Source of the DNA: Phycisphaera mikurensis NBRC 102666
Lineage (GTDB): Bacteria > Planctomycetota > Phycisphaerae > Phycisphaerales > Phycisphaeraceae
NCBI RefSeq assembly: GCF_000284115.1
Contig: NC_017080.1
Span: 3,660,001-3,692,000, forward strand
Direction: 5' to 3'
Length of the DNA: 32,000 nt
In this document: in pieces, positions 1 through 8,343 of the stretch
How positions within the stretch are numbered: the stretch's first letter is position 1
How the letters are laid out: the number at the start of each line of letters is the position of its first letter
Notes under the pieces: generated by a model
The model's input: the letters and a program-made list of their open reading frames with translations, nothing else
What the model was told of the DNA's origin: nothing
The model's database searches: none
Position numbers and translations under genes: made by a program

Positions 1-1519
1 TGGCGGCGAGCGTGAGGCGGACGTACGCCGACATCCGGCGGATGCGTCGGACCTTCACGAGGCGCTCGACGGCGGCGGGATCGACCCGTGTGGGGAAGCC
101 GCCGCCCGCCGGCGGCTCGGCATCCAGGGCGGCGCGGAACGCGTCGTTGCCGACGGCGCCGGGCAGCACGACGCCGAGACCGGTGACGACGACGCCGTTG
201 CCGGCGGCGGCGTCGGTGTCGGCGTCGGTGTCGGCGTCGGTGTCGGCGTCGTTGCCGCGGACCGCCGGCGTCCGGGCTCCGAAACGCTCGCGGTCCGCGG
301 CGTCCCGCCGCTCGACGACCGCGAAGGTGTTGGCACCGCCGAAGCCGATCGAGAGCGCCCCGACCGCTTCCAGCGGCGGATCGGCCGGTGCGGCGGCGCC
401 GGTGACCAACGCCCGCGCGACCGCCGGCGACTCCACGTCGGCCGGGACGACGTTCGCGGTGGTCGGGAGCACCTGCGCCTCCAGGGCGTGCGTGGCGAGC
501 AGCAGCTCGACGGCGCCCGCCCCGCCGAGCGTGTGGCCCAAGCGGCTCTTGAGCGCGACGACGCGGACGCCGCCGCCGCCGAGCGCGTCGCCGAACGCCT
601 CCTCCATCGCCGCCGCCTCGCCCTGCTCGTTGCCGGGCGTGCCGGTGCCGTGGGCGCAGACCAGGCCGACCTCCGCGGGGGCCCGACCCGCCGCCCCGAG
701 CCCGGCGCGGATCGCCCGGGCGGCGCCGCGGCCGGCGGGGTCGGGCTGGGTGAGGTGGTGGGCGTCGCTGCTCTCGCCCACGCCGGCGAGGCGGAAGCCG
801 GCGCGGTGCCCGCGGGCCGCCGCGTCCGGGCCGCGCTCCAGCACCAGCACGCCGTAACCCTCTCCGAGCATCATGCCCCGCCGGTCGCGGGCAAAGGGAC
901 GCACGCCGCTGCCGCTGATCAGCCGCAGCGCGTTGAAGCCGCCGTAGGCGTACTCGCTGACGGTGTCGTAGCCGCCGGCGACGACGACGTCGAGGCTGCC
1001 GTCCTCCAGCAGGTCGCGGGCGAGGCCCAGGCTCGAGAGCCCCGAGGAGCACGCCGCGCAGCCGGTGACGCCGAGGCCCTCGACGCGGACGGGCAGGCCC
1101 GCGACCGCCGCCTGCAGCACGGCGGCGCCCTGGAAGCGTCGCAGCGCGGCGGGGTCGTCCGCGCGGAGCGCCACGCCCGCGGAGCGCATCCCGTGCAGCG
1201 TCGTCCCCATGACCACGCCGATGCGGTCGGCCGGGACGTCGCCCGCGCCGATGCCCGCGTCCGCCAGCGCGGCGGCGAGCGCGTGCCGGAGGTACGCCGC
1301 CTCGCGCGGGAGGTCGTCGCGGGCGCCCCCGGGCAGGTCCGCCGCCTGGTAGCCGGTCCGCGGTCCGCCCTCGTGCGGTTCGAGCGCGGTCAGCTCCGCC
1401 GGCCCGGCCGCTCCGCCGGCGATCAGCGACGCCCACGCGGCGTCCCGGTCCGCCCCCAGCACGCAAGCGAGCGCCCGCCCGCTGATGACGATCTCGGCGG
1501 TGTCGGTCTGGGTCTCCAC
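1..1519 (-). CDS. Tandem beta-ketoacyl-ACP synthase fusion (KS1 complete, DADTDADTDAD linker, KS2 N-terminus; gene continues off the left edge)
   Basis: One open minus frame from GTG 1519. KS1 has EIVISGRALACVLGADRDAAWASLIAGG, GVTGCAACSSGLSSLGLARDL (nucleophile Cys), CAHGTGTPGNEQGEA (His), KSRLGHTLGGAGAVE (Lys/His) and LSIGFGGANTFAVVER. In the same frame (checked by codon position at 1519, 1051, 658, 550, 331 and 184) it continues through a 12-bp-repeat linker into NGVVVTGLGVVLPGAVGNDAFRAALDAEPP, a second KS N-terminus. Confidence 0.87.
   Translation of the reverse strand, partial: METQTDTAEIVISGRALACVLGADRDAAWASLIAGGAAGPAELTALEPHEGGPRTGYQAADLPGGARDDLPREAAYLRHALAAALADAGIGAGDVPADRIGVVMGTTLHGMRSAGVALRADDPAALRRFQGAAVLQAAVAGLPVRVEGLGVTGCAACSSGLSSLGLARDLLEDGSLDVVVAGGYDTVSEYAYGGFNALRLISGSGVRPFARDRRGMMLGEGYGVLVLERGPDAAARGHRAGFRLAGVGESSDAHHLTQPDPAGRGAARAIRAGLGAAGRAPAEVGLVCAHGTGTPGNEQGEAAAMEEAFGDALGGGGVRVVALKSRLGHTLGGAGAVELLLATHALEAQVLPTTANVVPADVESPAVARALVTGAAAPADPPLEAVGALSIGFGGANTFAVVERRDAADRERFGARTPAVRGNDADTDADTDADTDAAAGNGVVVTGLGVVLPGAVGNDAFRAALDAEPPAGGGFPTRVDPAAVERLVKVRRIRRMSAYVRLTLAA
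213..251. repeat. 12-bp in-frame tandem repeat (gtcggtgtcggc, about 3.25 copies) encoding the (DADT)n inter-KS linker
   Basis: gtcggtgtcggcgtcggtgtcggcgtcggtgtcggcgtc read directly; translates on the minus strand as DADTDADTDADTD. Confidence 0.9.
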
Positions 1520-1526
1520 GGGCGGT

Positions 1527-2525
1527 TCAGCGGTCGGGACGTGCGGGGGGCAGCGTAGGAACGCGGTGGGCGGGGTCTGCGCGCCCTCCCGCCGCCTCGA
1601 AGCGCGGCGACAACTCCAGCCACTGCCCGGGGTTCTCGCCGATCTCGGCGGCGAGGGCGGCGGCGAGCCGGAGCATCGCTTCGCCGGGGGCGCCGGGCCG
1701 CGGGAAGGCGGCGCCGCCGGCCACGCGGATCGGCCGGTGAAGCCGGAGCTCCACGCCGCCGGGGGTCCGCACCGCGAACACCGGGACGATGGCCGCCCCC
1801 GCCATCGCGGCGAGCTTCACCGGGCCCACGGGCAGCTCGGCGGTGCCGCCGAGGAAGGGCACGCGCACGCCACGCTGCCCGGGCATCACCCGATCGGCCT
1901 GGCACAGGACCGCGGCGCCGGCTTCCAGCCGCGCGCGGAGCGCCGTCCAGACGTCCAGCGAGTCGGGCCCGCCGACGACCGCGTCGTGAACGCCCAGCCG
2001 CCGGTGAAGCCGGGCGCGGGCGGCGTCGAAGGCCGCGAAGGGGTCCCGCTGGAAGACGACGTGGACGTCGGGCTCGAGGCCGCGGAGTGCCGCGATGCCG
2101 ACCTCGAAGGAGCCCAGGTGCGCGGTCGCGAAGACGATCCCGCCTCCGCTTGCGCGGGCCGCCGCGTGGTGCTCCCGCCCGCGGACCGCGGCGACCTGCG
2201 CCCGGAGCGCCTCGGGCTCCGCCCGGCCGGCCGCGCCCACCTCGCGGATGAAGCGGTAGAAGCTGCGGAGCACGTCGTCGGCGAGGCGGCGGCGGGCCGC
2301 CCGCGTCGCGTCGGGCCCGAGCAGGAAGGGCGCGTTGGCCACCACCCCGCCCCGCAGCGGCCCGCGGAAGGCGACGCGGCTGCCCAGCAGCAGCGGCCGC
2401 TCCACCGCGGCGAGCAGGCCGGGAAAGGCCGCGTTCGCCCCGAAGAGCAGGCGGAGGCACGCGTCGGCGGCCCGGCCGTGGACGCCCGCTCCGCCCGCGT
2501 CCCCCGCCGCCGGCTCAGCCGCCAT
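1527..2525 (-). CDS. LpxL/HtrB-family (lysophospholipid/lauroyl-like) acyltransferase
   Basis: 332 aa ORF with GGIVFATAHLGSFEVG (HxxxxE/D-like motif region), VHVVFQRDP, LCQADRVMPGQRGVRVPFLGGTAELPVGPVKLAAMAGAAIVPVFAVR. Confidence 0.8.
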   Translation of the reverse strand: MAAEPAAGDAGGAGVHGRAADACLRLLFGANAAFPGLLAAVERPLLLGSRVAFRGPLRGGVVANAPFLLGPDATRAARRRLADDVLRSFYRFIREVGAAGRAEPEALRAQVAAVRGREHHAAARASGGGIVFATAHLGSFEVGIAALRGLEPDVHVVFQRDPFAAFDAARARLHRRLGVHDAVVGGPDSLDVWTALRARLEAGAAVLCQADRVMPGQRGVRVPFLGGTAELPVGPVKLAAMAGAAIVPVFAVRTPGGVELRLHRPIRVAGGAAFPRPGAPGEAMLRLAAALAAEIGENPGQWLELSPRFEAAGGRADPAHRVPTLPPARPDR

Positions 2526-3198
2526 AGGGCCTCACCACCTCGAAGCCCTCGGGCGCCGGCGGCTCGATGACGCAGGGTTCGGGCTTCACCTCGGGGCTGG
2601 CGAAGCGGTACGACGTCGACGAGCCGTCGCCGTCCACCGTCTCCAGAAGCCGCACCGCCCCGGTCGCCTCCTCGATCCCCAGACCGATCGATCGCAGCTG
2701 CTCGGCCACGGCGGCGTCGCGGGGCACCAGCCGCAGGCCGATCAAAGGCGGCAGAGGATCCGCCGCGTCGGCCCCCGCCCAGGCCGGCGGCTCGGCCTCC
2801 ACCACCTCGAACCGCTCGGTGAGCTCCGACAGCGGCGACGCGGGCCCGAAGCCCATCCCGCCGGCCACGCTCAGGTCGTACACCTCCACCCGCTTCTCGT
2901 CGGGGTAGACGATCCGCATCTCGCCGCCGGCGATGACGGTGGTGCCGGGCCGCGGCCGGAGCGTCTCCCAGCGGAGCGCGCCGCCGGAGGCGGTGAGCAC
3001 ACCCGAGGACGCCAGCGGCTTCCGCAGAAGCGGCGTCACCTTGCGACGCTCGAAGGCGGCGGTCATGCAGGCGTCGGCGAGGTCCGGGCGGTTCGCGTCG
3101 AGCCGCGTGAGCAGCGCCGCCATCGCCGGCTCGGGCTTCTGGGCCCGGGCGGGAGCGGCGGCGAGGAGCAGCGACAGGAGCAGGGCGATCGTCCGCAT
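2515..3198 (-). CDS. LolA-like outer-membrane lipoprotein carrier family protein
   Basis: 227 aa with signal peptide MRTIALLLSLLLAAAPARA; ERRKVTPLLRKPLASSGVLTASGG.LRWETLRPRPGTTVIAGGEMRIVYPDEKRVEVYDL resembles LolA-like proteins of FAS/aryl-polyene loci; overlaps the acyltransferase start. Confidence 0.7.
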   Translation of the reverse strand: MRTIALLLSLLLAAAPARAQKPEPAMAALLTRLDANRPDLADACMTAAFERRKVTPLLRKPLASSGVLTASGGALRWETLRPRPGTTVIAGGEMRIVYPDEKRVEVYDLSVAGGMGFGPASPLSELTERFEVVEAEPPAWAGADAADPLPPLIGLRLVPRDAAVAEQLRSIGLGIEEATGAVRLLETVDGDGSSTSYRFASPEVKPEPCVIEPPAPEGFEVVRPYGG

Positions 3199-3206
3199 GG
3201 CGTCTC

Positions 3207-3929
3207 TTAGCCGATCGCCAGCGACAGCGTGCCCTCGGCGACGACCTCTCCGCCGCTGTGTGCCCGCACCTCGAATGCCGTGACGCCGGCCGCCGAGGCG
3301 CCGCGCGTCGCGTGCAGCTCGAGGGTTGCCGGCGGCTTCACCGACGACCGGAAGCGGACGTCCGCCGCGGCGAGCCGGCCCCCGCCGGCGGGAGCCCCGG
3401 CCGCCTCCTCGGCGGCGAGCACGAGGCCCGCCGCCTGCGCCAGCGCTTCGGTGACCAGCACGCCGGGCACGATTGGGTTTCCCGGGAAGTGGCCCACGAA
3501 GAAGGACTCGTCGCCGGTGAGCTCCCAGCGGGCGGTCGCCGCGACACCGGGCTCCACCGATCGCAGAGCGGTGACGAAGCGGAACGGCGGCCGGTGGGGC
3601 AGGCGGTCGAGCACGGCGGCGAGGTCGACCGCGGGGGCCGCCGCCGCGGGATCGCCCCCCGCGTCGACCGGCGGATCGGCGGCTTCGAGCCGCCCGAGGT
3701 GCTCGACGATCGTGCCGACGCTGGCGAAGAGCCGCTCCGCCGAGCCGTCCCGGGCGAGCTTCACGCCGAAGCTCTTCTCGATCGAGCCCATCAGCATCAC
3801 GACGTCGAGCGAATCGAGATCGAACTCGCCGCCGATCAGCGGCATGTCGTCGGCGATGTCCGCGTCGTCGCCGAGGCGCAGGTCCCGGCGCAGGAGGTCC
3901 TTCACGCGGGTCGAGAGGGCGGCGCTCAT
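3207..3929 (-). CDS. Acyl carrier protein - FabZ/hotdog 3-hydroxyacyl-ACP dehydratase-like fusion
   Basis: ORF from MSAALSTRVKDLL: N-terminal ACP motif DLDSLDVVMLMGSIEKSFGV, then LPHRPPFRFVTAL..., FFVGHFPGNPIVPGVLVTEALAQAAGLV (FabZ-like active-site region). One continuous frame. Confidence 0.85.
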   Translation of the reverse strand: MSAALSTRVKDLLRRDLRLGDDADIADDMPLIGGEFDLDSLDVVMLMGSIEKSFGVKLARDGSAERLFASVGTIVEHLGRLEAADPPVDAGGDPAAAAPAVDLAAVLDRLPHRPPFRFVTALRSVEPGVAATARWELTGDESFFVGHFPGNPIVPGVLVTEALAQAAGLVLAAEEAAGAPAGGGRLAAADVRFRSSVKPPATLELHATRGASAAGVTAFEVRAHSGGEVVAEGTLSLAIG

Positions 3930-3960
3930 GCGGCCACGGTCCGCGGATTCCGCTCCGGGG

Positions 3961-4779
3961 TCAAGTCGCCGCGGGCGTGTCCGCCGCGCGCCGTCCCGCC
4001 CCCCGCAGCCGCTCGGCCACCAGACGGGCGTGCAGACGCAATCCACGGAGCGAATCGGCCACCGGCCGGAAGTGCGTCACGCGACCGGTCGCCACCGCGT
4101 ACCGCCCCCCCACCGGCACCTCGACCACCCGCACCCCCAGCCGGTGGCAGCGCACGATCACCTCGGTCTCGAAGCCGAAGCGGGAGGCCGTGCATCCCGC
4201 CCGCACGACCGCCGCCAGCGGGTACACCCGCATCCCGGTCTGGCTGTCGCTCACGCGGAGGCCGCAGGCCAGCCGGACCGATCGATCGGAGACGGAGCGG
4301 CCCACCGCGGACCGCAGCGGCGTGCCCGGCAGCCGCCCCGGCCGCACGCCGAGCACGAGCGAGCCGCGATCCGCCGCGGAGGCGGCCAGCATCGCCGGGA
4401 CCGCGGCCGGGTCGTGCTGCCCGTCGGCGTCGAGGGTGACCGCATGCGTGAAGCCTCGGCCCATCGCCCAGGCGAAGCCGGTGTGCAGCGCCGCCGCCTT
4501 CCCGCGGTTGTCGGCGTGGCGGAGGCGGAACAGGTCGGCCCGCCGGGTCGCCGCGGCCGTCACCACGGCTCCGGTGGCGTCGGTGCTGCCGTCATCCACC
4601 ACGAGCGCCGGCGTGCCGGCCGGCAGGCCCGCCAGCACCGCGCCCAGCGCCGGCGCGTGGTTGAAGGCCGGCACCAGCACCAGCGGCTCGAACGCAGCCG
4701 GCGGCGCAGCCGCCCGCCGCGGGAGACCCGTGGGCGGCAGCGGCGGCGCGGGCGGGAGCGGCGGGCGGATCGACGGCAT
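3961..4779 (-). CDS. Glycosyltransferase family 2 (dolichyl-phosphate-mannose synthase-like)
   Basis: LVLVPAFNHAPALGAVLAGLPAGTPALVVDDGSTDAT...NRGKAAALHTGFAWAMGRGFTHAVTLDADGQHDPAAVPAMLA...; canonical GT2 motifs. Confidence 0.87.
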   Translation of the reverse strand: MPSIRPPLPPAPPLPPTGLPRRAAAPPAAFEPLVLVPAFNHAPALGAVLAGLPAGTPALVVDDGSTDATGAVVTAAATRRADLFRLRHADNRGKAAALHTGFAWAMGRGFTHAVTLDADGQHDPAAVPAMLAASAADRGSLVLGVRPGRLPGTPLRSAVGRSVSDRSVRLACGLRVSDSQTGMRVYPLAAVVRAGCTASRFGFETEVIVRCHRLGVRVVEVPVGGRYAVATGRVTHFRPVADSLRGLRLHARLVAERLRGAGRRAADTPAAT

Positions 4780-4868
4780 CGGGGAGGCCGGCGGAGGGGG
4801 ATCCGCCGGCGGGCTCTGGAGGATCCTTAACGTACCCGCCCGGCGGACCCGCGGCCGGGCAAGCCGCC

Positions 4869-5780
4869 ATGGAGGAACCCCGCCGAGAACACGCCCCGAC
4901 GCCGCCCGCTTGGGCGTCGCGGGGCGCCGCCTGGGAGAGCGCCTTCCCCGGCCTGCGCTCCTTGCAGCCCGCCCCCGGCCACAGCCTCGTCGAGGCGGTG
5001 GCCCCCGCGGCGGACACCGCCGACCCGGCCGGCCTGCAAGACGCCACCCGCCTCGCCTACCGGCGCCTGCTGCGCCGGGCCGCCGACGCCCGCCTCGCCC
5101 CGCTGCGGTTCTGGAACTACGTGCCGGGCATCACCGAGCCCGCGGGCGACGCCGCTCACCGGTACATGGTCTTCAACGCCGGGCGCGCCGCGGGGATGGC
5201 CGAGGCGGGCTTTGCCGGCCGCCGCGTCGCCGCCTCCGCCGTCGGCTTCCCCGGGGACGCCGACGCCCCCCGCCTCACCGTCCAGATGCTCGCCGGCCCC
5301 GCCCCCGCCGAGCCCGCGGAGAACCCCCGCCAGGTGCCCGCTTGGCGGTACTCCGACCGCTTCGGCGACGTGCCCCCCGCCTTCGCGCGGGCGGCCCGGC
5401 TGCCGGCCTCGGCGGGGTTCCTGCCCGGCGCCCTCCTCCTCGCCGGCACCGCCAGCGTCGTCGGCGAGGAGAGCCTGCACCCCGGCGACCTCGCCGCCCA
5501 GGCCGCCGAGACCTGCACCAACCTCGCCGTGCTGCTCGCCGCGGGGGCCGGCCGTGCCCTCGCCCCGGGGGCCGCCGGCGGCGAGGAGGACGTCCATCTC
5601 GCCCGGCTCCGGGACCTGCGCGTCTACGTGAAGCGTGCGGCGGACCTGCCCGCGGTCGGCCGGATGCTCCAGGCTCGCTGCCCCGCGGCGTCGGTGTCGC
5701 TCATGCACGCGGAGATCTGCCGCCCCGAGCTGCTGCTGGAGGCGGAAGGCGTCTCCAGCGAGCGGCTCGCCGAGGCCTGA
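4869..5780 (+). CDS. Chorismatase / hydroxybenzoate synthase-like protein (FkbO/Hyg5/XanB2 family)
   Basis: 303 aa; LAPLRFWNYVPGITEP...HRYMVFNAGRAAGMAEAGF, ASAVGFPGDADAPRLTVQMLA, SVVGEESLHPGDLAAQAAETCTNLAVLL, LRVYVKRAADLPAVGRML, VSLMHAEICRPELLLEAEGV match the pattern of chorismatase/pteridine-dependent dioxygenase-like proteins. Confidence 0.78.
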   Translation: MEEPRREHAPTPPAWASRGAAWESAFPGLRSLQPAPGHSLVEAVAPAADTADPAGLQDATRLAYRRLLRRAADARLAPLRFWNYVPGITEPAGDAAHRYMVFNAGRAAGMAEAGFAGRRVAASAVGFPGDADAPRLTVQMLAGPAPAEPAENPRQVPAWRYSDRFGDVPPAFARAARLPASAGFLPGALLLAGTASVVGEESLHPGDLAAQAAETCTNLAVLLAAGAGRALAPGAAGGEEDVHLARLRDLRVYVKRAADLPAVGRMLQARCPAASVSLMHAEICRPELLLEAEGVSSERLAEA

Positions 5781-5788
5781 TCCGGCGG

Positions 5789-5834
5789 CCGCGGACCGCG
5801 GGCCCGAACGACGAATTGCCGCCGCGGTCCGCGG
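5789..5834. repeat. Dyad copy A: ccgcggaccgcgg - 20 nt - ccgcggtccgcgg (13-bp perfect arms)
   Basis: Arms 5789-5801 and 5822-5834, directly read; 3' of the chorismatase gene and upstream of mntR. Confidence 0.85.
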
Positions 5835-5924
5835 AGCCGGCCGATGCTTTTAGGATCACGGCCCGGACGCTCCCGACGCCGGGACGCTCCCGATCCCGGC
5901 CCGGCACGTCGCGGCACGACACCC

Positions 5925-6332
5925 ATGGCCCACTCCCACACCCCCGAAGCCCACGCCAAGATCCGCCGCGACCACGCGCAGGAAACCGCGGAAGACTACG
6001 TGGAGGCCGTCGCCGACCTGGTCGCCGAGCGTGGCACCTGCCGCGTGGTCGACCTCGCGGAGCGCTTCGGCGTCAGCCACGTCACGACGCTGCGGGTGGT
6101 GAAGCGGCTCGTCAGCGAGGACCTCCTCAAGACCGAGCCCCGCAAGCCGATCGAGCTGACCTCCGCCGGGAAGAAGCTCGCCGCCGCCTGCGCCCAGCGG
6201 CACGAGGCCGTCTACCGCTTCCTCCGCAAGCTCGGCGTGAGCAAGAGAGTGGCCGCCCTCGACGCCGAGGGCATCGAGCACCACCTCAGCAAGCCGACGC
6301 TGAAGGCCATGCGAGCCTTCACCGCCGGCTGA
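5925..6332 (+). CDS. mntR: DtxR-family manganese transport regulator MntR-like
   Basis: MAHSHTPEAHAKIRRDHAQETAEDYVEAVADLVAERGTCRVVDLAERFGVSHVTTLRVVKRLVSEDLLKTEPRKPIELTSAGKKLAAACAQRHEAVYRFLRKLGV; adjacent to a metal ABC operon. Confidence 0.87.
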   Translation: MAHSHTPEAHAKIRRDHAQETAEDYVEAVADLVAERGTCRVVDLAERFGVSHVTTLRVVKRLVSEDLLKTEPRKPIELTSAGKKLAAACAQRHEAVYRFLRKLGVSKRVAALDAEGIEHHLSKPTLKAMRAFTAG

Positions 6333-6357
6333 CCCCGGAGCCCGCCGCCCTTGCGCG

Positions 6358-6399
6358 GTAGCTTCCGCTACACTCCGCCGCTCCCGTAGCCGCCGCTAC
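6358..6399. promoter_or_regulatory. Two copies of the palindrome GTAGC-N4-GCTAC upstream of the metal-binding protein gene (candidate MntR operator)
   Basis: gtagcttccgctac at 6358-6371 and gtagccgccgctac at 6386-6399; dyad centres 28 nt apart in the mntR/SBP intergenic gap. Confidence 0.5.
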
Positions 6400-6417
6400 C
6401 GACCGACCCGCCCCGTC

Positions 6418-7365
6418 ATGCCCCCACGCTCCCCCCTCCGCGGCCTCTTGTTCCCCACCCTCGCCCTGCTCGCGGCGGCGCTGATCACCGGCTGCGACGA
6501 CACCGGCCCCGCCGCGACCGCGGGCGGCCGCGAGGACGGACGCACGCGGGTGGTGACCACCTTCACCATCCTCCAGGACATGGCGCAGAACGTCGCCGGC
6601 GAGGCGGCGGTCGTCGAGTCGATCACCAAGCCCGGCGCCGAGATCCACGAGTACCAGCCGACCCCGCTGGACATCGTCAAGGCCCAGGACGCCGACCTGG
6701 TGATCCGCAACGGCATGGGGCTGGAGCGGTGGTTCGAGAAGTTCATGGGCAGCGTCGCCGACGTCCCCAGCGTCGACCTCTCCGAGGGCGTGGAGCCGAT
6801 GAGCATCGGCGGGGGGCCGTACGACGGCAAGCCCAACCCGCACGCCTGGATGTCGCCGAGCAACGCCCTGATCTACGTCGAGAACATCCGCAAGGCGCTC
6901 AGCGACGTCGACCCCGCGAACGCCGAGACCTACCGGACCAACGCCGAGGCCTACGCGGCGGAGATCCGGGCGATCGAGGAGCCGACCCGCCAGAAGCTTG
7001 CGGAGATCCCCGCCGAGCGGCGCTGGCTGGTCTCCAGCGAGGGCGCCTTCAGCTACCTCGCCCGCGACAACGGGATGAAGGAGCTGTTCCTCTGGCCGGT
7101 GAACGCGGACGCCGAGGGCACGCCGCAGCAGATCCGCCGGGTGGTCGACACGATCCGCGCCAACGACATCCCCGTGGCCTTCAGCGAGAGCACGATCAGC
7201 GACAAGCCGATGCGGCAGGTCGTCGCCGAATCCGGCTCCCGCTACGGCGGCGTGCTCTACGTCGACTCGCTGACCGACGCGGGCGGCGTGGCGCCGACCT
7301 ACCTCCAGCTGCTGGCCTACAACGCGCGGACGATCGTCGACGGCTTCGAGGAAGGCTTGGAGTGA
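6418..7365 (+). CDS. Metal (Mn/Zn) ABC transporter substrate-binding lipoprotein (TroA/ZnuA/SitA family)
   Basis: [14 protein letters not shown] lipobox; [101 protein letters not shown]. Confidence 0.93.
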   Translation: MPPRSPLRGLLFPTLALLAAALITGCDDTGPAATAGGREDGRTRVVTTFTILQDMAQNVAGEAAVVESITKPGAEIHEYQPTPLDIVKAQDADLVIRNGMGLERWFEKFMGSVADVPSVDLSEGVEPMSIGGGPYDGKPNPHAWMSPSNALIYVENIRKALSDVDPANAETYRTNAEAYAAEIRAIEEPTRQKLAEIPAERRWLVSSEGAFSYLARDNGMKELFLWPVNADAEGTPQQIRRVVDTIRANDIPVAFSESTISDKPMRQVVAESGSRYGGVLYVDSLTDAGGVAPTYLQLLAYNARTIVDGFEEGLE

Positions 7366-7403
7366 ACGGAGCCGGCCGCGGCGATCGACCGATCGGCCTC
7401 CGC

Positions 7404-8252
7404 GTGAGCGAGGTGACGGTGGCGTACAACAACGGCCACGTCGCCCTGCACGACGCGAGCTTCGAGCTGGGGCCGGGCACGATCTGCGCGCTGGTGGGCG
7501 TGAACGGCAGCGGGAAGTCGACGCTCTTCAAGGCGATCATGGGCTTCGTGAAGCCCGCCCGCGGCGGCGTGACCATCGGCGAGCTCCCGGTGAAGCGGGC
7601 CCACCGCGAGAACCTCGTGGCGTACGTGCCGCAGGCCGAGGACGTCGACTGGGACTTCCCGGTGAGCGTCTGGGACGTCGTTCTGATGGGTCGCTACGGC
7701 TCGATGAACTTCCTGCGGATCCCGCGGCAGGCGGACAAGCGGATCGCCACCGAGTCGCTGGAGCGCGTCGGCATGCTCGGCTTCAAGGACCGCCAGATCG
7801 GCGAGCTCTCCGGCGGGCAGAAGAAGCGCGTCTTCCTCGCCCGGGCGCTGGCGCAGCGCGGCCGCATCCTGCTGCTCGACGAGCCGTTCACGGGGGTGGA
7901 CGTGAAGACCGAGGCTTCCATCATCGAGCTGCTGCGGGAGCTGCGGGACGAGGGCCACCTCGTCCTGGTGAGCACGCACGACCTCGGCTCCATCCCCAGC
8001 TTCTGCGACCGCGTGGTCATCATCAACCGCACCGTGCTCGCCGCCGGCCCCACGCACGCGACCTTCACGCAGGAGAACCTCGCCCGCGCCTTCGGCGGCG
8101 CCCTCCGCGACCTGCACCTGGACCACACCGACGACCCCGGCTCGGCGCCGAACACCTACCGCGTCCTCAGCGACGACGAGGAGCCGCTGGTCTTCGGTGC
8201 CGACGGCCGCATGGTCGCCCACCGGCACCCGCACGAGGAGGAAGCGCAGTGA
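7404..8252 (+). CDS. Metal ABC transporter ATP-binding protein
   Basis: GTG start at 7404; [20 protein letters not shown] (Walker A), [32 protein letters not shown] (signature/Walker B). Confidence 0.93.
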   Translation: MSEVTVAYNNGHVALHDASFELGPGTICALVGVNGSGKSTLFKAIMGFVKPARGGVTIGELPVKRAHRENLVAYVPQAEDVDWDFPVSVWDVVLMGRYGSMNFLRIPRQADKRIATESLERVGMLGFKDRQIGELSGGQKKRVFLARALAQRGRILLLDEPFTGVDVKTEASIIELLRELRDEGHLVLVSTHDLGSIPSFCDRVVIINRTVLAAGPTHATFTQENLARAFGGALRDLHLDHTDDPGSAPNTYRVLSDDEEPLVFGADGRMVAHRHPHEEEAQ

Positions 8253-8343
8253 GCGATCCCGTGCCCGCGGGGAGCGTCCGGGCTCCGGGCCGATGCCGGC
8301 GCATCCCGCTGCGCGCTGCGGGTGAGGACGCGGGAGCCGCCGG

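Noticed and set aside
213-251. Tandem repeat as a possible CRISPR-like or regulatory array
   Set aside because: Unit is only 12 bp with no spacers and is in frame within a coding sequence.
12-857. Long + strand ORFs over the KS region (12..857, 488..1558, 1423..2460)
   Set aside because: Low-complexity Arg/Ala/Pro/Ser translations with no motifs; the minus frame has clear ketosynthase and acyltransferase motifs. Typical high-GC shadow ORFs.
1441-1519. Apparent frameshift at the KS1 N-terminus
   Set aside because: On a first pass I dropped four bases. Re-reading 1441-1519 gives a continuous frame VETQTDTAEIVISGRALACVLGADRDAAW.
5789-5834. Calling the CCGCGGACC dyads simple Rho-independent terminators
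   Set aside because: No U-tracts, long 20-26 nt loops, copy C is not just after a gene, and all sit close to a TAnnnT box; left as an open finding.
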